A stretch of DNA of 64,000 bases from Euglena gracilis (Eukaryota). Where the stretch lies: positions 5,619,919 through 5,683,918 of the forward strand of contig CP154954.1 in NCBI GenBank assembly GCA_039621445.1. Reading direction: 5' to 3'. Positions 37,424-47,084 of this stretch are shown one piece after another. The notes beneath the pieces are model-generated. The model did not search any database. It was not told where the DNA came from and saw only the letters and a program-made list of their open reading frames with translations. How positions within the stretch are numbered: position 1 is the first letter of the stretch; the number at the start of each line of letters is the position of its first letter. Position numbers and translations under genes: made by a program.

Positions 37424-37707
37424 CAGGGATTTTTTTTAAATTTGGACCCCCGGGGGGGGGGGGGGGGGGGGGAGGGGGGGTGGGTCCGGCCGTGCCCCCC
37501 CCCGGGGGGGGTGCCCCCGGAGGGGGGTGGGATATACTTTTCGGCGCCGCAGGCGCCGAAAAAATTCTATTTTAGCATTTTTCGCGATTTTCGGCCATTT
37601 TTTGTGGGTCCCCCCCCCCCCCCCCCCCCCCCCGGGGGGGCCCCCCCCAGGGGGTGGGTGGGTGGTGGGGCCCCCCCCCTCCCCCTCCGGTCTTAAAAAA
37701 ACCCCTG
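37424..37707. mobile_element. hAT-like MITE family D
   Basis: TIR CAGGGATTTTTT / AAAAAACCCCTG with 8-bp TSD CTTCTGGT. Confidence 0.85.
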
Positions 37708-37846
37708 CTTCTGGTTCACGTTTGTGTTTGCAAAAATGTGCCATTGATAGGCTCATTGCGGGAAATTGGTGATGGATTTTTGGTGGTAGCCACCAGTCGC
37801 TAGCGACCATTGGTGGTCGGGCCGACCACCCATAATAAGTCCACCC

Positions 37847-37894
37847 CAGGGTTTGATATAAGGAGGGCGTACATGGTTTAGGCCCCCCCCCCCG

Positions 37895-37933
<39 letters not shown>

Positions 37934-38247
37934 TGGCCCGCATGGGTGAGGGTCCGGACCACCCCCCCCACACCTGCAAGGGGGGTCCGAACCGACCCTG
38001 GGGGGGTATCCGGGACCCCCCCCCCAAAGGGTCAATTTTTTCCTTCGGCGCTTTGCGCCGAATTTTTTTTTGCATTTTTGGCACATTTTTGCCCAAAAAG
38101 TGCCCAAAATGGCACTTTTGGTCGTTTTGGGGGTCAAAAATTTTCGGTCACCCAGACCGCGCCATTGTTAAGGTGGGGGGGTGTCCCCCCCTCCTGGCCC
38201 GCAAGGGGGGATCCAGACCCCCCCACCTGTCCTTATATCGAACCCTG
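37847..38247. mobile_element. hAT-like MITE family C, copy 2
   Basis: Homologous to 34950-35349, with 8-bp TSD GTCCACCC. Confidence 0.88.
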
Positions 38248-39874
38248 GTCCACCCCCCTCTAAAGAAATTTTGAAGCCCCCCCCCAAAAAATTTCAATCA
38301 AATGTGAAGGAAAATGACTCAAAACCCACCCAAATGCCTTCCAAAACCTCCATTTGGGGGTTAATTTGCAATGTGTGCAAGGCAAGGATGGCCGAGTTGC
38401 GCTGGCTCAAGAAGAATTCAAGATAATTCATGGTTTTCGACATGGGATTTGAAGAATTCAAGCAAACACCTGAATTTTTCCCACTCAGGGTTTTTGCCTC
38501 TGCCGAGTGTGAAGTTCGGCTCCCAGTCGCCCTGCTTCGTCTTGTATATATTTCGCTGTGTATTTGTCCAGTCAGCGATTCGGGCCTAAATGGGATCTCA
38601 TCCAATGCTCAGGAAATGAACTCTGGATACAGGTGTTGCGCATCTGAATCTATCCCAGGTGATTGCACCGGATCGGACCCAGCCGGCGCAAAAGGGTACA
38701 TTTGAGCCATCGACTGCACTGGGACGGGGAACTTTTTTTTTGCTTCAGGACCGCCCAGGATGGATGTGAAATATTTGTGCAAAGTGATGGACTTGCCGCA
38801 ATCAATTTGTGCTGGGACTTGGTGTCGTGCAAGGATGGATGGGTGTGGCCCGCCTATCTCATGCCTTGATTCATATGAGATCAGTGGGAATCTCAGTTCC
38901 CCCCATCATATTCCATGGATGCCCGCCTGGCATTATGGATTGTCACCCCATTTTGGGGACAGAACACCACCATATGCACTCATCAGGCTTCATTATTTCA
39001 TTACCAAAGTTGCACATTAGATGGGGTCATCGTCATCAGGGATTTCCAGATTAATAGCAATCAGGGCTGGCCAAAACTCATTTTGGGGTCGAAAACTGAT
39101 GTGTTTTTTTTTGCATAATTGGTGGTTTTCAGGGCATTCTAACAGTTTCGGTTTCTTTTAGGACCTTTTTGACGGCTCATTTTCCCGGGGGGGGGGGCTC
39201 TAGGGGCTTTACGGCCAAGCACCTATAGTAAAAATGGCCGAAAATGAAATTTTGGGCTCTATAGGTGGGGGTCCCGAAAATGGCCGAAAATGGCCGAAAA
39301 TGAGAAAAAATTTGATGCAAATTTTTTCGAATTTTTTTTGCCTAACAGTTTCTTTTTTCCTGGCGACTGATTCTTGTCTCTGTGCAGCCTCTCTGCTTTT
39401 GTTATTATGCCTGCAAAGCTGAATGTTTTGATGGCATTTCAGAAAATTTTGGTGACAAGGGCGATGCTGGCATTTTTTTTGTATATTTTGAAGAATCAAA
39501 CCCATTTTTGGGATAATTTCACAAATCTCCAGTATTACACCCATCTAGGCCATTTTGGATCAATTTTTGCTAATTTTGGGGATATTTCGCACTGATTTGG
39601 CAAATATGGGGCCGATTGGGTCAATACGAGCACATTTTATGGCATTTTTTTTGGCCATTTTGCACCATTTTGGTGATGTTGGGTAATTTTTTACATTTTT
39701 TTGTGAACATTGTTGGCGTTTTTGGGCAAGTTTAGGTTATTTGAAGCCATTTTCGGTCATTTTGGTTGCTTTTTGGGGCCTTTTGCGGTCAATTTTAAGT
39801 CTTTTTGTGGTCATTATTTGGGTTTCTGTGGTCATTTTGCTAGGTTGGGAGCCAGTGGATGCAGTGGTTGCAGA

Positions 39875-39987
39875 TTCTAGACAAGATGCAATGGATGCAG
39901 ATGCTGAACAAGATGCAGACATTGGACACGATGTCGACACTGGACAAGATGCAGATGCTGTACAAGATGCAGCTGCTGGACAAGATT
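39875..39987. repeat. Degenerate ~18-bp tandem repeat (GGACAAGATGCAGATGCT)
   Basis: About 6 copies visible. Confidence 0.7.
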
Positions 39988-40439
39988 AAGATCTTGACAA
40001 GATTCAGGTATTGGACAAGATGCACACACCTCAAGCTGAGCGCACTTTCTCCCAATTTCGCCACTCCCAGACGGATGATTGTCTCAACATGACGGATGGA
40101 ATTTTACATCAAGGCTTCTTTGAAGTCATGCCTCTCTTCTCCTGCCGTTATGCCCGACCATGGAACATATGCTGCTCAGCGAACCACCTCCAAATGGGTT
40201 ATTTGGGCCAAAGCTGATGACATTTCAGAAAATTGTGGTGACAAGGTGCAACCAAGCAAAGTATGTGAAGTGTTTTTTTCTCTGTTAAAGGTGTGATTCC
40301 TGCGTTAGGTTTATTGCACACGAGTGGATGGGATCTAACAGTGCCACCATCAAACAATGTTGCCCGAATGTTGCTTGGGGTATCAAGTTGGAATAGGTGA
40401 GGAGGGGAAGTTGTTTGTGAAAAGCATCCACGCCAAGAG

Positions 40440-40939
40440 CAGGGAATTTCTTAAGCCGGAGGGTACCCTACCCCCCGGGGGGGGGGTCCAGCCAGCCAGC
40501 AGCTCAAATCCAGCCAGCAGCCCAAATTCGGGCTGGGGGCCCCCCCCCCCCCCCCGGGGTCGACTGAAATAAAGTCGGGTCCAGCCCGGCCGGAGGCCGG
40601 GCCAGCCGGCCGAAGGCCGGGCCAGCCGGCCGCAGGCTGGCCAGCCAACTGGGCTTCCCAGCTCACCTATCCCTGCATTTTTTCCCCTCACCACAGTTTC
40701 CTCCATCACAGCCCCCAGCCTTGACCAAGCTCCATCCACCAAAATGTCGAAATTGCAAAAATGTGTTAGAAAATTTTGTTTTTCACCGACCCAGCCCAGC
40801 CCAGCCCCCTCCAGCCCCGGACCCCCCCCCCCCCCCCCCGGGGGGGGGTCCAGCCAGCAGCTCAAATCCAGCCAGCAGCCTTTTTGCCAGCCGGAGGCTG
40901 GACCCCCCCCCCCCCGGGGGGTCCTTAAGAAATTCCCTG
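40440..40939. mobile_element. hAT-like MITE family A, copy 2
   Basis: TIR CAGGGAATTTCTTAAG / CTTAAGAAATTCCCTG with 8-bp TSD GCCAAGAG. Confidence 0.9.
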
Positions 40940-41324
40940 GCCAAGAGGCTTGAAGAGAAAAGCACCAGTTTTGGTGTTGCCACCCACCATTGTGGTTAAT
41001 ATGTCATGTGCCAACCGCTCTCATGAAGCGTCCCAAGAACCCCCAGCAAAAAAGAAGACCAAAGTGGACAAGAGCCTCTCTGGCAGGCAACCAATGGTCG
41101 GTAGGAACGACCTCCATTGTTTTCCATTTCAGAAGCATCCAAACCCTTGGCCCAACCCTGTGGAACATACAGAGGGGCTATTTCACCTGCCAGACACCTA
41201 AATTCGAAGGCCGACTAAGTTCATCAGGGGGTGCGTTTTGGCCATCCTTGCCTTGCACACACACAAGGGGATTTTGTTATTTTGGGGAAACAAACAGGTC
41301 GGGCCGACCATTGTCGGCCCGACC

Positions 41325-41745
41325 TATAGCAGGGGGGGGGGAATTGATATCCGAAATTTTTCCGCAATTTTCCGCAATTTTTTTTACATTTTTTTTCGCA
41401 GAATGTTTTTCCCACCACCGAAGATGGAAGATGAGTTCAGGCCATTCTTCAAATGGATCAACAGGTGTGCTATTGTGTTTTGTTTCCCCCCCAATTTCCA
41501 ATTTTTCTCACAGGTGCACCACTGGTCACAGGATTGGGTGCGTCCTACCTGTGCATAGAACTTCAAGCGGTTGATTTGTGCTCGCCTGCATCGACGTGGG
41601 TGTTGCAGTGTTCTGAACCTCACAATTGAAAAATTTCTAAGTCCCCTCAAGCAGAAATGTGTATATTCCTGATATCAATTTTTCCGCAATTCTTCCGCAA
41701 TTTTTCCGAAGGCCTCCGATATCAATTATCCCCCCCTGCCTATAG
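41325..41745. mobile_element. MITE-like element
   Basis: Inverted ends CTATAG-CAGGGGGG..AATTGATATC / GATATCAATT..CCCCCCTG-CCTATAG. Confidence 0.55.
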
Positions 41746-42687
41746 TCAAAAGCCTTTTGAAAAAAGGGGGTAATGCGGTTCATTGGCTGTATTTATCGAC
41801 CTCCAGAGGTCGGCCCGACCTCCGGGATCGTCATAGCCAATCATCCGCCCGGGTGTCTTTGAGCAAAAGCTCATTGTGCAAGAATCTCCTTTTCTGTTTC
41901 TTTTCCCCCGTGGACGGGATTTTGAAGATATTTTGGATTTGCGTGCCATCCGGGCGGTGCCCCCCCCCCCCCCGTTGAGGCCACATGCACTCCACAGCTC
42001 CAAATCCCCCCACCTCGTCAATTGGTCAATTTCAGCCTTGGTTCCATCACCTGACTGAGTTGGGAGAATGCAAATGAGGCCTGAGTCTGACCCCAAGAAT
42101 TGCAGTTGTTGGCATAGCTGTTGGCAGTGCCATATGCTATGGAATCAGCGAGAACAGCGTTGCCGAATATCCGCCGCTGTTTGCCCTCCAGCTTTGCAAA
42201 GCTTTGCCATCGCTATAAAAGTTCAAGGTGTTTTGCTATTTCAATTTCCACATTTTGCAGTTTTCAACTTCCACTCTAATGTAACATGCTTACCATGTTT
42301 GACTCCACCCCTCGGGACTGGGAAGTTTTTAATGTGGGACGCCAACCCCGCCGCGACAGGAACCCTGGGATTGGCCTCTGGCGGTGTAGGATCTTTATTT
42401 CCTCCCTCTTCTTCAGGAGAGCGGACATGAACTCCTGCGTACGCCCCCTTAAACGTACTTGGGGTCACAATTCTTTGCACCCTCGCCCTCTCTCGGACCC
42501 CCCTTGCTCCGCACTTTGGCTCGATGGGACCTGTCTTTCCTCGCCGGCTATTGTTGTTTGTGTTTTTTGCTCCGCGTCTTCCCCTTACTGCTTTTCGCGC
42601 CGGCAGTTGGCTGTGACGTAGCCCTGCTACAAAGAAAAGTTTCGAACACAAGTTTTCAAGCAAGCAAAAGCAAAAACAAAGACAAGA

Positions 42688-45600
42688 ATGCAGACAGAGC
42701 ATCTGGATGTAAACCTCTTACTCGGTGAAGGGCAACCTTTCGAAGAAGGGTGGAGCAAACTGATGTTCAACCTGGAAGCAGCAAAAGAATTACGAGCACA
42801 ACCTGCGGACCAGATCGCCCTCTTGCTGCTGGCGGGGGCGCGGTTCACCGGACGAGGGTGGAGTACAGGGAAGGCCAGCAGAGCCCTGTACCAGCTTTCG
42901 GGGATCCCCCTGGTCCGGGGAAGCTTCCCCCCATACCGGGACATTTGGCTCATGGCGTTGGCGTTGATTTGGGGTGTCGATGTCCCCCAACTGGACCTTG
43001 AACCTGAGGCAGCCGCGGCGGCCTTTGCCATTGCCTCGCAGGCAGAACAACACGACACCGAAGAACCACAACAGGAGGAAGAAGGTGAAGAGGAAGAGAC
43101 AAAATTTTCCTGGGATCAACCTGAAGTGACGACACCCAAAGAGTTGACGGAGCTTTGGTCCAGGGCCCAGCGCAACGAGCACCGCATCGACGTTCGACCA
43201 CTCTTTGAAGTCCTGGCCCCTCTGGCGGGGATACCAGCGCGGGCGCCAGAGAATCAATTAATACCAGCCCACAGGAAGAAGCAGGACCAATTCTTGCGTA
43301 GCGTCTCGCAGAATGTCTTGCAGGTGGTACGACTGCTGGGGCACAACTGGGTGCCTCAGACTACGGAAGTGATACCTCGTGGACAAGTCAACTTGCAAAT
43401 ATTCCAATTGTTGGGTGAAGTTTATTACAAGATCCAGAGCGAGAGGAAGGAGTTGGCCGTGCCAGGAATCACGAGAACTTCGACGAGCCACACCGACTCC
43501 CTCTTCACGGAGGACGATGTCCGTCAGCACAGAATGGACAACAACATCAATCGCATAAGGGGAGGTACACACAATGGGCCCTCAGGGCCGACATTTCGTT
43601 TTCCAACAGGCCAGGCCAACAGACCGTGGAGAGGCAAAGGTGGACTATATGGAAGCTCCAGTTCAAGTCCCAGATTTGGGTATGGAAAGGGCAGAGGAGT
43701 GCCATTTCGCTCAATGCCGTGGAGAGCACCATGGAGAGGTGGAAGAGGCAAAGGTATCCCCCCCTCCTCTTGGGGTCAAGATGACCGGATCAGGAGCCAA
43801 GGAGGCTCAGTTGGCCCAAGATGGGCACAGTCTGGAGGACCCTCTGTTGGGGTTAGCCCCATTTCAAAGACTCAGAGCATGCATCGGCTGGTGGAAAACC
43901 CATGCCCCACCCAGAATCCTGAATCTCATTCTGCAAGGAGTGGAGCCAGATTTTCAAGGGGGGGCGTTACACACCTTAAAACAGCAAAAGTCCCCCCAGG
44001 AGGAAGCCCAGGCTCTCAGCATCATGGAGGAATACATCAAAGAAAAGGCTGCAAAGGAAGTTCAACAGCAAGGGACTATGTTTTTGGTACCTTGGTTTGT
44101 AATCGAGAAAGCAGAACCTGGGGGGGGGAAAAAAGTGAGACTGATCTCAGATTGCAGAAAACTAAACAATTTTCTTCATGCCCCCCACTTCAAATTGGAT
44201 CACTGGAAGGAAATTTTTCCACAGCTGGAAAAAGGAATGTGGGCCACAAAAATCGACTTGAAAAATGCTTATTTTCATTTGGAACTGTCAGCAGCCATAA
44301 AACCATTCATAAGGATGGAAATAGCAGGAAGAATATTTCAGATGGAAGGGGCCTGTTTTGGTCTAAGCACCCTCCCCTATCTTTGGATGCAGGTAATGCA
44401 AGTTTTTCTGAAAAAATGGCGAAAACAGGGAATTTTGGTTTTTGTTTATCTGGACGACATTCTTCTGGTGGCAAAATCAAAGGCTTTGGCAGAAAACCAA
44501 ACAAAAGTTCTGTTGCAGGATCTGAAAGACAGTGGTATGACCATCAACTTCAAAAAGTCACAGACCACCCCAACACAAGCAGTTCAATATCTGGGATTTT
44601 CAGTGGATCTAAAAAATGGTTGTTTGCTGGTGCCCTCAGCAAAACTAAAATGTATCAGAAAAGAGTTGGGAAAATTTGTCACCCAAGACAACATGTCCTG
44701 CAGGAAGGCAGCTGCAATTTTGGGGCAGCTGAGAAGTTTCCTCACAGCCCTCCCTTGCCTGAGGGCTTTCACAGACAAACTGGTACAATTCACAGACCAG
44801 CACACCAGGATGGGTTGGGACCAGAAAATCCCCATTCCCAAAGATGTCAAACAGCAGGTTCTAGAAGTAGGAAACTTATTAAGGTCCTGGGAGGGAAGAA
44901 AATTTCAAAACAAATGTCCTGTGAGAGAAATTCATTCAGACTCCTCCACTCAAGGGTGGGGGGCTCTGGACCTGACCACTGGTCAAAAAGTTCAAGAGTT
45001 CTGGAGATCAGAAATGGGCCTGCACATAAACATCAAGGAATTAAAAGCAGCTGTGGCAGCTACAAAAAGTTTAGCAAAGTCAGGGGAAAATGTCCTGCTA
45101 ACAGTAGACAATCAAGTAGCTTACAGCTACTTAAGAAAAGGGGGGGGAAGGAAATCCCCCTTCAACACAATTTTGAGACCCTTTTTGCAGTGGTGTCACA
45201 TAAACCAAGTAAATGTGATTCCAAACTGGGTCAAGTCAGAAGACATGCTAGCAGATGGCATTTCAAGGTGGGAAAAGGACAGGGGGGACTACACCCTAAA
45301 AAAGTCTGTGTTTCTGCACATCTTGAGAATTTTCTCCTCAAACAATTTTTTCCCCAAAGTGGACATGTTTGCCAGCCCAGGAAACGCACAACTGCCACAG
45401 TTTGTCAGCAGATGGCCTCATCACCAGGCCATAGCTGTGAATGCCCTGGAGTGCCCACTGGAAAAATTTGGGGAGGTTTATGCAAACCCCCCCTGGACAT
45501 TAATCTTACCATGGTTGGTGAGATTGAGGAACAACCCTCAGCTGACTTGTCTGATGGTGGTTCCATTCTGGGTTGGGAGTGTGTGGTGGCCCCTGTTAAC

Positions 45601-46896
45601 AAGAATGATCGTAAGAAAGAGCCCTGTGATTCAGATTCAACCTCAATGGGGGTTGTTCCAAAACTGCCTGGGGGAGATCATGCCCCCCACCAGATGGCCC
45701 CTCCTCTGTGTGCTGTTATCAGGGAGGGTTTACAAAGAAAACAAGTTCCACCTGAAAATATCACATTGTATTTGAACAGTCTGAAAAGTTTGAACAGGTA
45801 TGAAAAAGGATTTCAGGCTCTGTGGAGTTTGTGTGTGCAGGGAGGGGTGCAACCCCCTTTGATGACAGTGGATGAGACAGCCAGCTGGATTTTGAAACTG
45901 GCCCAGGACTCCCCTCATCAAGCAAGAAATGCTTACAGTGCTGTGTTGTTGATTCCTGGGTGGGAGGCTGTGAGGTTTTCCCCTCTCATCAAAAAAGCAA
46001 AACTTCTGTGGGCTTATGCAGGGGAAAAATATTCCACATTCTGGGATGCTAAGGATGTCATTCAGAAACTCCTTGCAACCCCCCTCAACTGGGATAGTAT
46101 CCAGGAGATTCGTGACAGAACCATTCTGTCCCTGCGCCTGTTTCACTTATGCAGGTCAATAGATTTGCAAAGACTACAAAGATCAAAGTCAATTATGGGA
46201 AACAATTTCTTCATCAAGCTGAGGCGTAAAGGCCAGCTGAGAGCCAGATTCGAACAGCTCATGACATTGCCAAAATCTCTGCAGACTGTATGTCCCACTG
46301 CTTTATTGTGCAGGTTGGTGTCTTTGACTGCCTCCCAGGGTGTGCAGGGGGGGGCCATGTTTTTATCATTAAATCCCCCATATGCACCACTGACTTCAAA
46401 CAGTTTGGGTAGGATCACAAAGAATCTGCTGACCCAGTTGGGGGTACCCACATCATTTTTTGGGGCTCACAGCACCAGGGGGGCAGCAGTAAAAATGTAC
46501 AAGTCTTTGGGTTTATCGTCAGAAATGGTGTGTGAGTTAGGGGGCTGGAAAAATACAGAGGCTTTTGCCAAACATTACCTCAGATTGGGTGCAGCAAAGG
46601 CTGCTGGAGATTCGTTGGCAAAACAGTTGGTTGGAAAAAGCTTTGGGGTGCACAGAGTCCCATCGAGCCAAAGTGCGGAGCAAGGGGGGTCCAGTAGTCC
46701 CGGGGAAACCCATGACCAGGGACGGAGGGACCTCACTTGCGAAGCACAAAGGCAAGATGGGCCCACCCCCCCCTCCCCAAAAAAGGTCCACCCAGGGGGG
46801 GGGTCCACCAGGTTCCGGTTTACCGATCCAGCCAACTGCCGACGACGACCAAGCAGTAAGGGGAAGACGCGGAGCAAAAAACACAAACAACAATAG
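42688..46896 (+). CDS. Gag-like + tyrosine recombinase fusion ORF (1402 aa)
   Basis: C-terminal YR motifs LCRSIDL (R), AHSTRGAA (HxxR), LGGW, FAKHY (Y). N-terminal gag-like region with an RGG-rich tract. Confidence 0.9.
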   Translation: MQTEHLDVNLLLGEGQPFEEGWSKLMFNLEAAKELRAQPADQIALLLLAGARFTGRGWSTGKASRALYQLSGIPLVRGSFPPYRDIWLMALALIWGVDVPQLDLEPEAAAAAFAIASQAEQHDTEEPQQEEEGEEEETKFSWDQPEVTTPKELTELWSRAQRNEHRIDVRPLFEVLAPLAGIPARAPENQLIPAHRKKQDQFLRSVSQNVLQVVRLLGHNWVPQTTEVIPRGQVNLQIFQLLGEVYYKIQSERKELAVPGITRTSTSHTDSLFTEDDVRQHRMDNNINRIRGGTHNGPSGPTFRFPTGQANRPWRGKGGLYGSSSSSPRFGYGKGRGVPFRSMPWRAPWRGGRGKGIPPSSWGQDDRIRSQGGSVGPRWAQSGGPSVGVSPISKTQSMHRLVENPCPTQNPESHSARSGARFSRGGVTHLKTAKVPPGGSPGSQHHGGIHQRKGCKGSSTARDYVFGTLVCNRESRTWGGEKSETDLRLQKTKQFSSCPPLQIGSLEGNFSTAGKRNVGHKNRLEKCLFSFGTVSSHKTIHKDGNSRKNISDGRGLFWSKHPPLSLDAGNASFSEKMAKTGNFGFCLSGRHSSGGKIKGFGRKPNKSSVAGSERQWYDHQLQKVTDHPNTSSSISGIFSGSKKWLFAGALSKTKMYQKRVGKICHPRQHVLQEGSCNFGAAEKFPHSPPLPEGFHRQTGTIHRPAHQDGLGPENPHSQRCQTAGSRSRKLIKVLGGKKISKQMSCERNSFRLLHSRVGGSGPDHWSKSSRVLEIRNGPAHKHQGIKSSCGSYKKFSKVRGKCPANSRQSSSLQLLKKRGGKEIPLQHNFETLFAVVSHKPSKCDSKLGQVRRHASRWHFKVGKGQGGLHPKKVCVSAHLENFLLKQFFPQSGHVCQPRKRTTATVCQQMASSPGHSCECPGVPTGKIWGGLCKPPLDINLTMVGEIEEQPSADLSDGGSILGWECVVAPVNKNDRKKEPCDSDSTSMGVVPKLPGGDHAPHQMAPPLCAVIREGLQRKQVPPENITLYLNSLKSLNRYEKGFQALWSLCVQGGVQPPLMTVDETASWILKLAQDSPHQARNAYSAVLLIPGWEAVRFSPLIKKAKLLWAYAGEKYSTFWDAKDVIQKLLATPLNWDSIQEIRDRTILSLRLFHLCRSIDLQRLQRSKSIMGNNFFIKLRRKGQLRARFEQLMTLPKSLQTVCPTALLCRLVSLTASQGVQGGAMFLSLNPPYAPLTSNSLGRITKNLLTQLGVPTSFFGAHSTRGAAVKMYKSLGLSSEMVCELGGWKNTEAFAKHYLRLGAAKAAGDSLAKQLVGKSFGVHRVPSSQSAEQGGSSSPGETHDQGRRDLTCEAQRQDGPTPPSPKKVHPGGGSTRFRFTDPANCRRRPSSKGKTRSKKHKQQ
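43574..45775 (+). CDS. RT - RNase H - N6-adenine MTase (733 aa), nested in the +1 frame
   Basis: IDLKNAYFH, FGLS..P, YLDDILL; HSDSSTQGWG, HINIKELKA, VDNQ, ADGISR; VDMFAS...YANPPW. Confidence 0.96.
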   Translation: MGPQGRHFVFQQARPTDRGEAKVDYMEAPVQVPDLGMERAEECHFAQCRGEHHGEVEEAKVSPPPLGVKMTGSGAKEAQLAQDGHSLEDPLLGLAPFQRLRACIGWWKTHAPPRILNLILQGVEPDFQGGALHTLKQQKSPQEEAQALSIMEEYIKEKAAKEVQQQGTMFLVPWFVIEKAEPGGGKKVRLISDCRKLNNFLHAPHFKLDHWKEIFPQLEKGMWATKIDLKNAYFHLELSAAIKPFIRMEIAGRIFQMEGACFGLSTLPYLWMQVMQVFLKKWRKQGILVFVYLDDILLVAKSKALAENQTKVLLQDLKDSGMTINFKKSQTTPTQAVQYLGFSVDLKNGCLLVPSAKLKCIRKELGKFVTQDNMSCRKAAAILGQLRSFLTALPCLRAFTDKLVQFTDQHTRMGWDQKIPIPKDVKQQVLEVGNLLRSWEGRKFQNKCPVREIHSDSSTQGWGALDLTTGQKVQEFWRSEMGLHINIKELKAAVAATKSLAKSGENVLLTVDNQVAYSYLRKGGGRKSPFNTILRPFLQWCHINQVNVIPNWVKSEDMLADGISRWEKDRGDYTLKKSVFLHILRIFSSNNFFPKVDMFASPGNAQLPQFVSRWPHHQAIAVNALECPLEKFGEVYANPPWTLILPWLVRLRNNPQLTCLMVVPFWVGSVWWPLLTRMIVRKSPVIQIQPQWGLFQNCLGEIMPPTRWPLLCVLLSGRVYKENKFHLKISHCI

Positions 46897-47084
46897 CCGG
46901 CGAGGAAAGACAGGTCCCATCTTGCCTTTGTGCTTCGCAAGTGAGGTCCCTCCGTCCCTGGTCATGGGTTTCCCCGGGACTACTGGTCTTCGGCCGCCCG
47001 CCGCCCCTTGCTTGCAAGACGTAAGGGGGCGCGGCCCCATCCCCGGCCCCAACCTTTTCCTCCCTACATTTGAAAAAAGATGGA

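Larger units (their letters stand above)
42495..46986 (+). mobile_element. DIRS-type tyrosine-recombinase retrotransposon, apparently intact (DIRS family 1)
   Basis: Left ITR 42495-42613, right ITR plus extension 46829-46986. ICR 46657-46761 is complementary to both the left start and the right extension. Two uninterrupted ORFs. Confidence 0.96.

Noticed and set aside
38300-40330. Possible decayed transposase or host exons (Cys/Trp-containing short ORFs)
   Set aside because: No catalytic motif could be identified by eye. A translated profile search would be needed.
25756-41574. Many 60-330 aa Pro/Gly/Phe/Lys-rich ORFs in the MITE region
   Set aside because: They arise from G/C/A/T homopolymers and tandem repeats, with no domain motifs or coding codon bias.
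42190-42494. Gypsy RT N-terminus-like fragment left of the DIRS (RIVTP..KDP..VPRG..H)
   Set aside because: Similarity is weak and short. It may be the DIRS target element, but it is not supportable as a feature.
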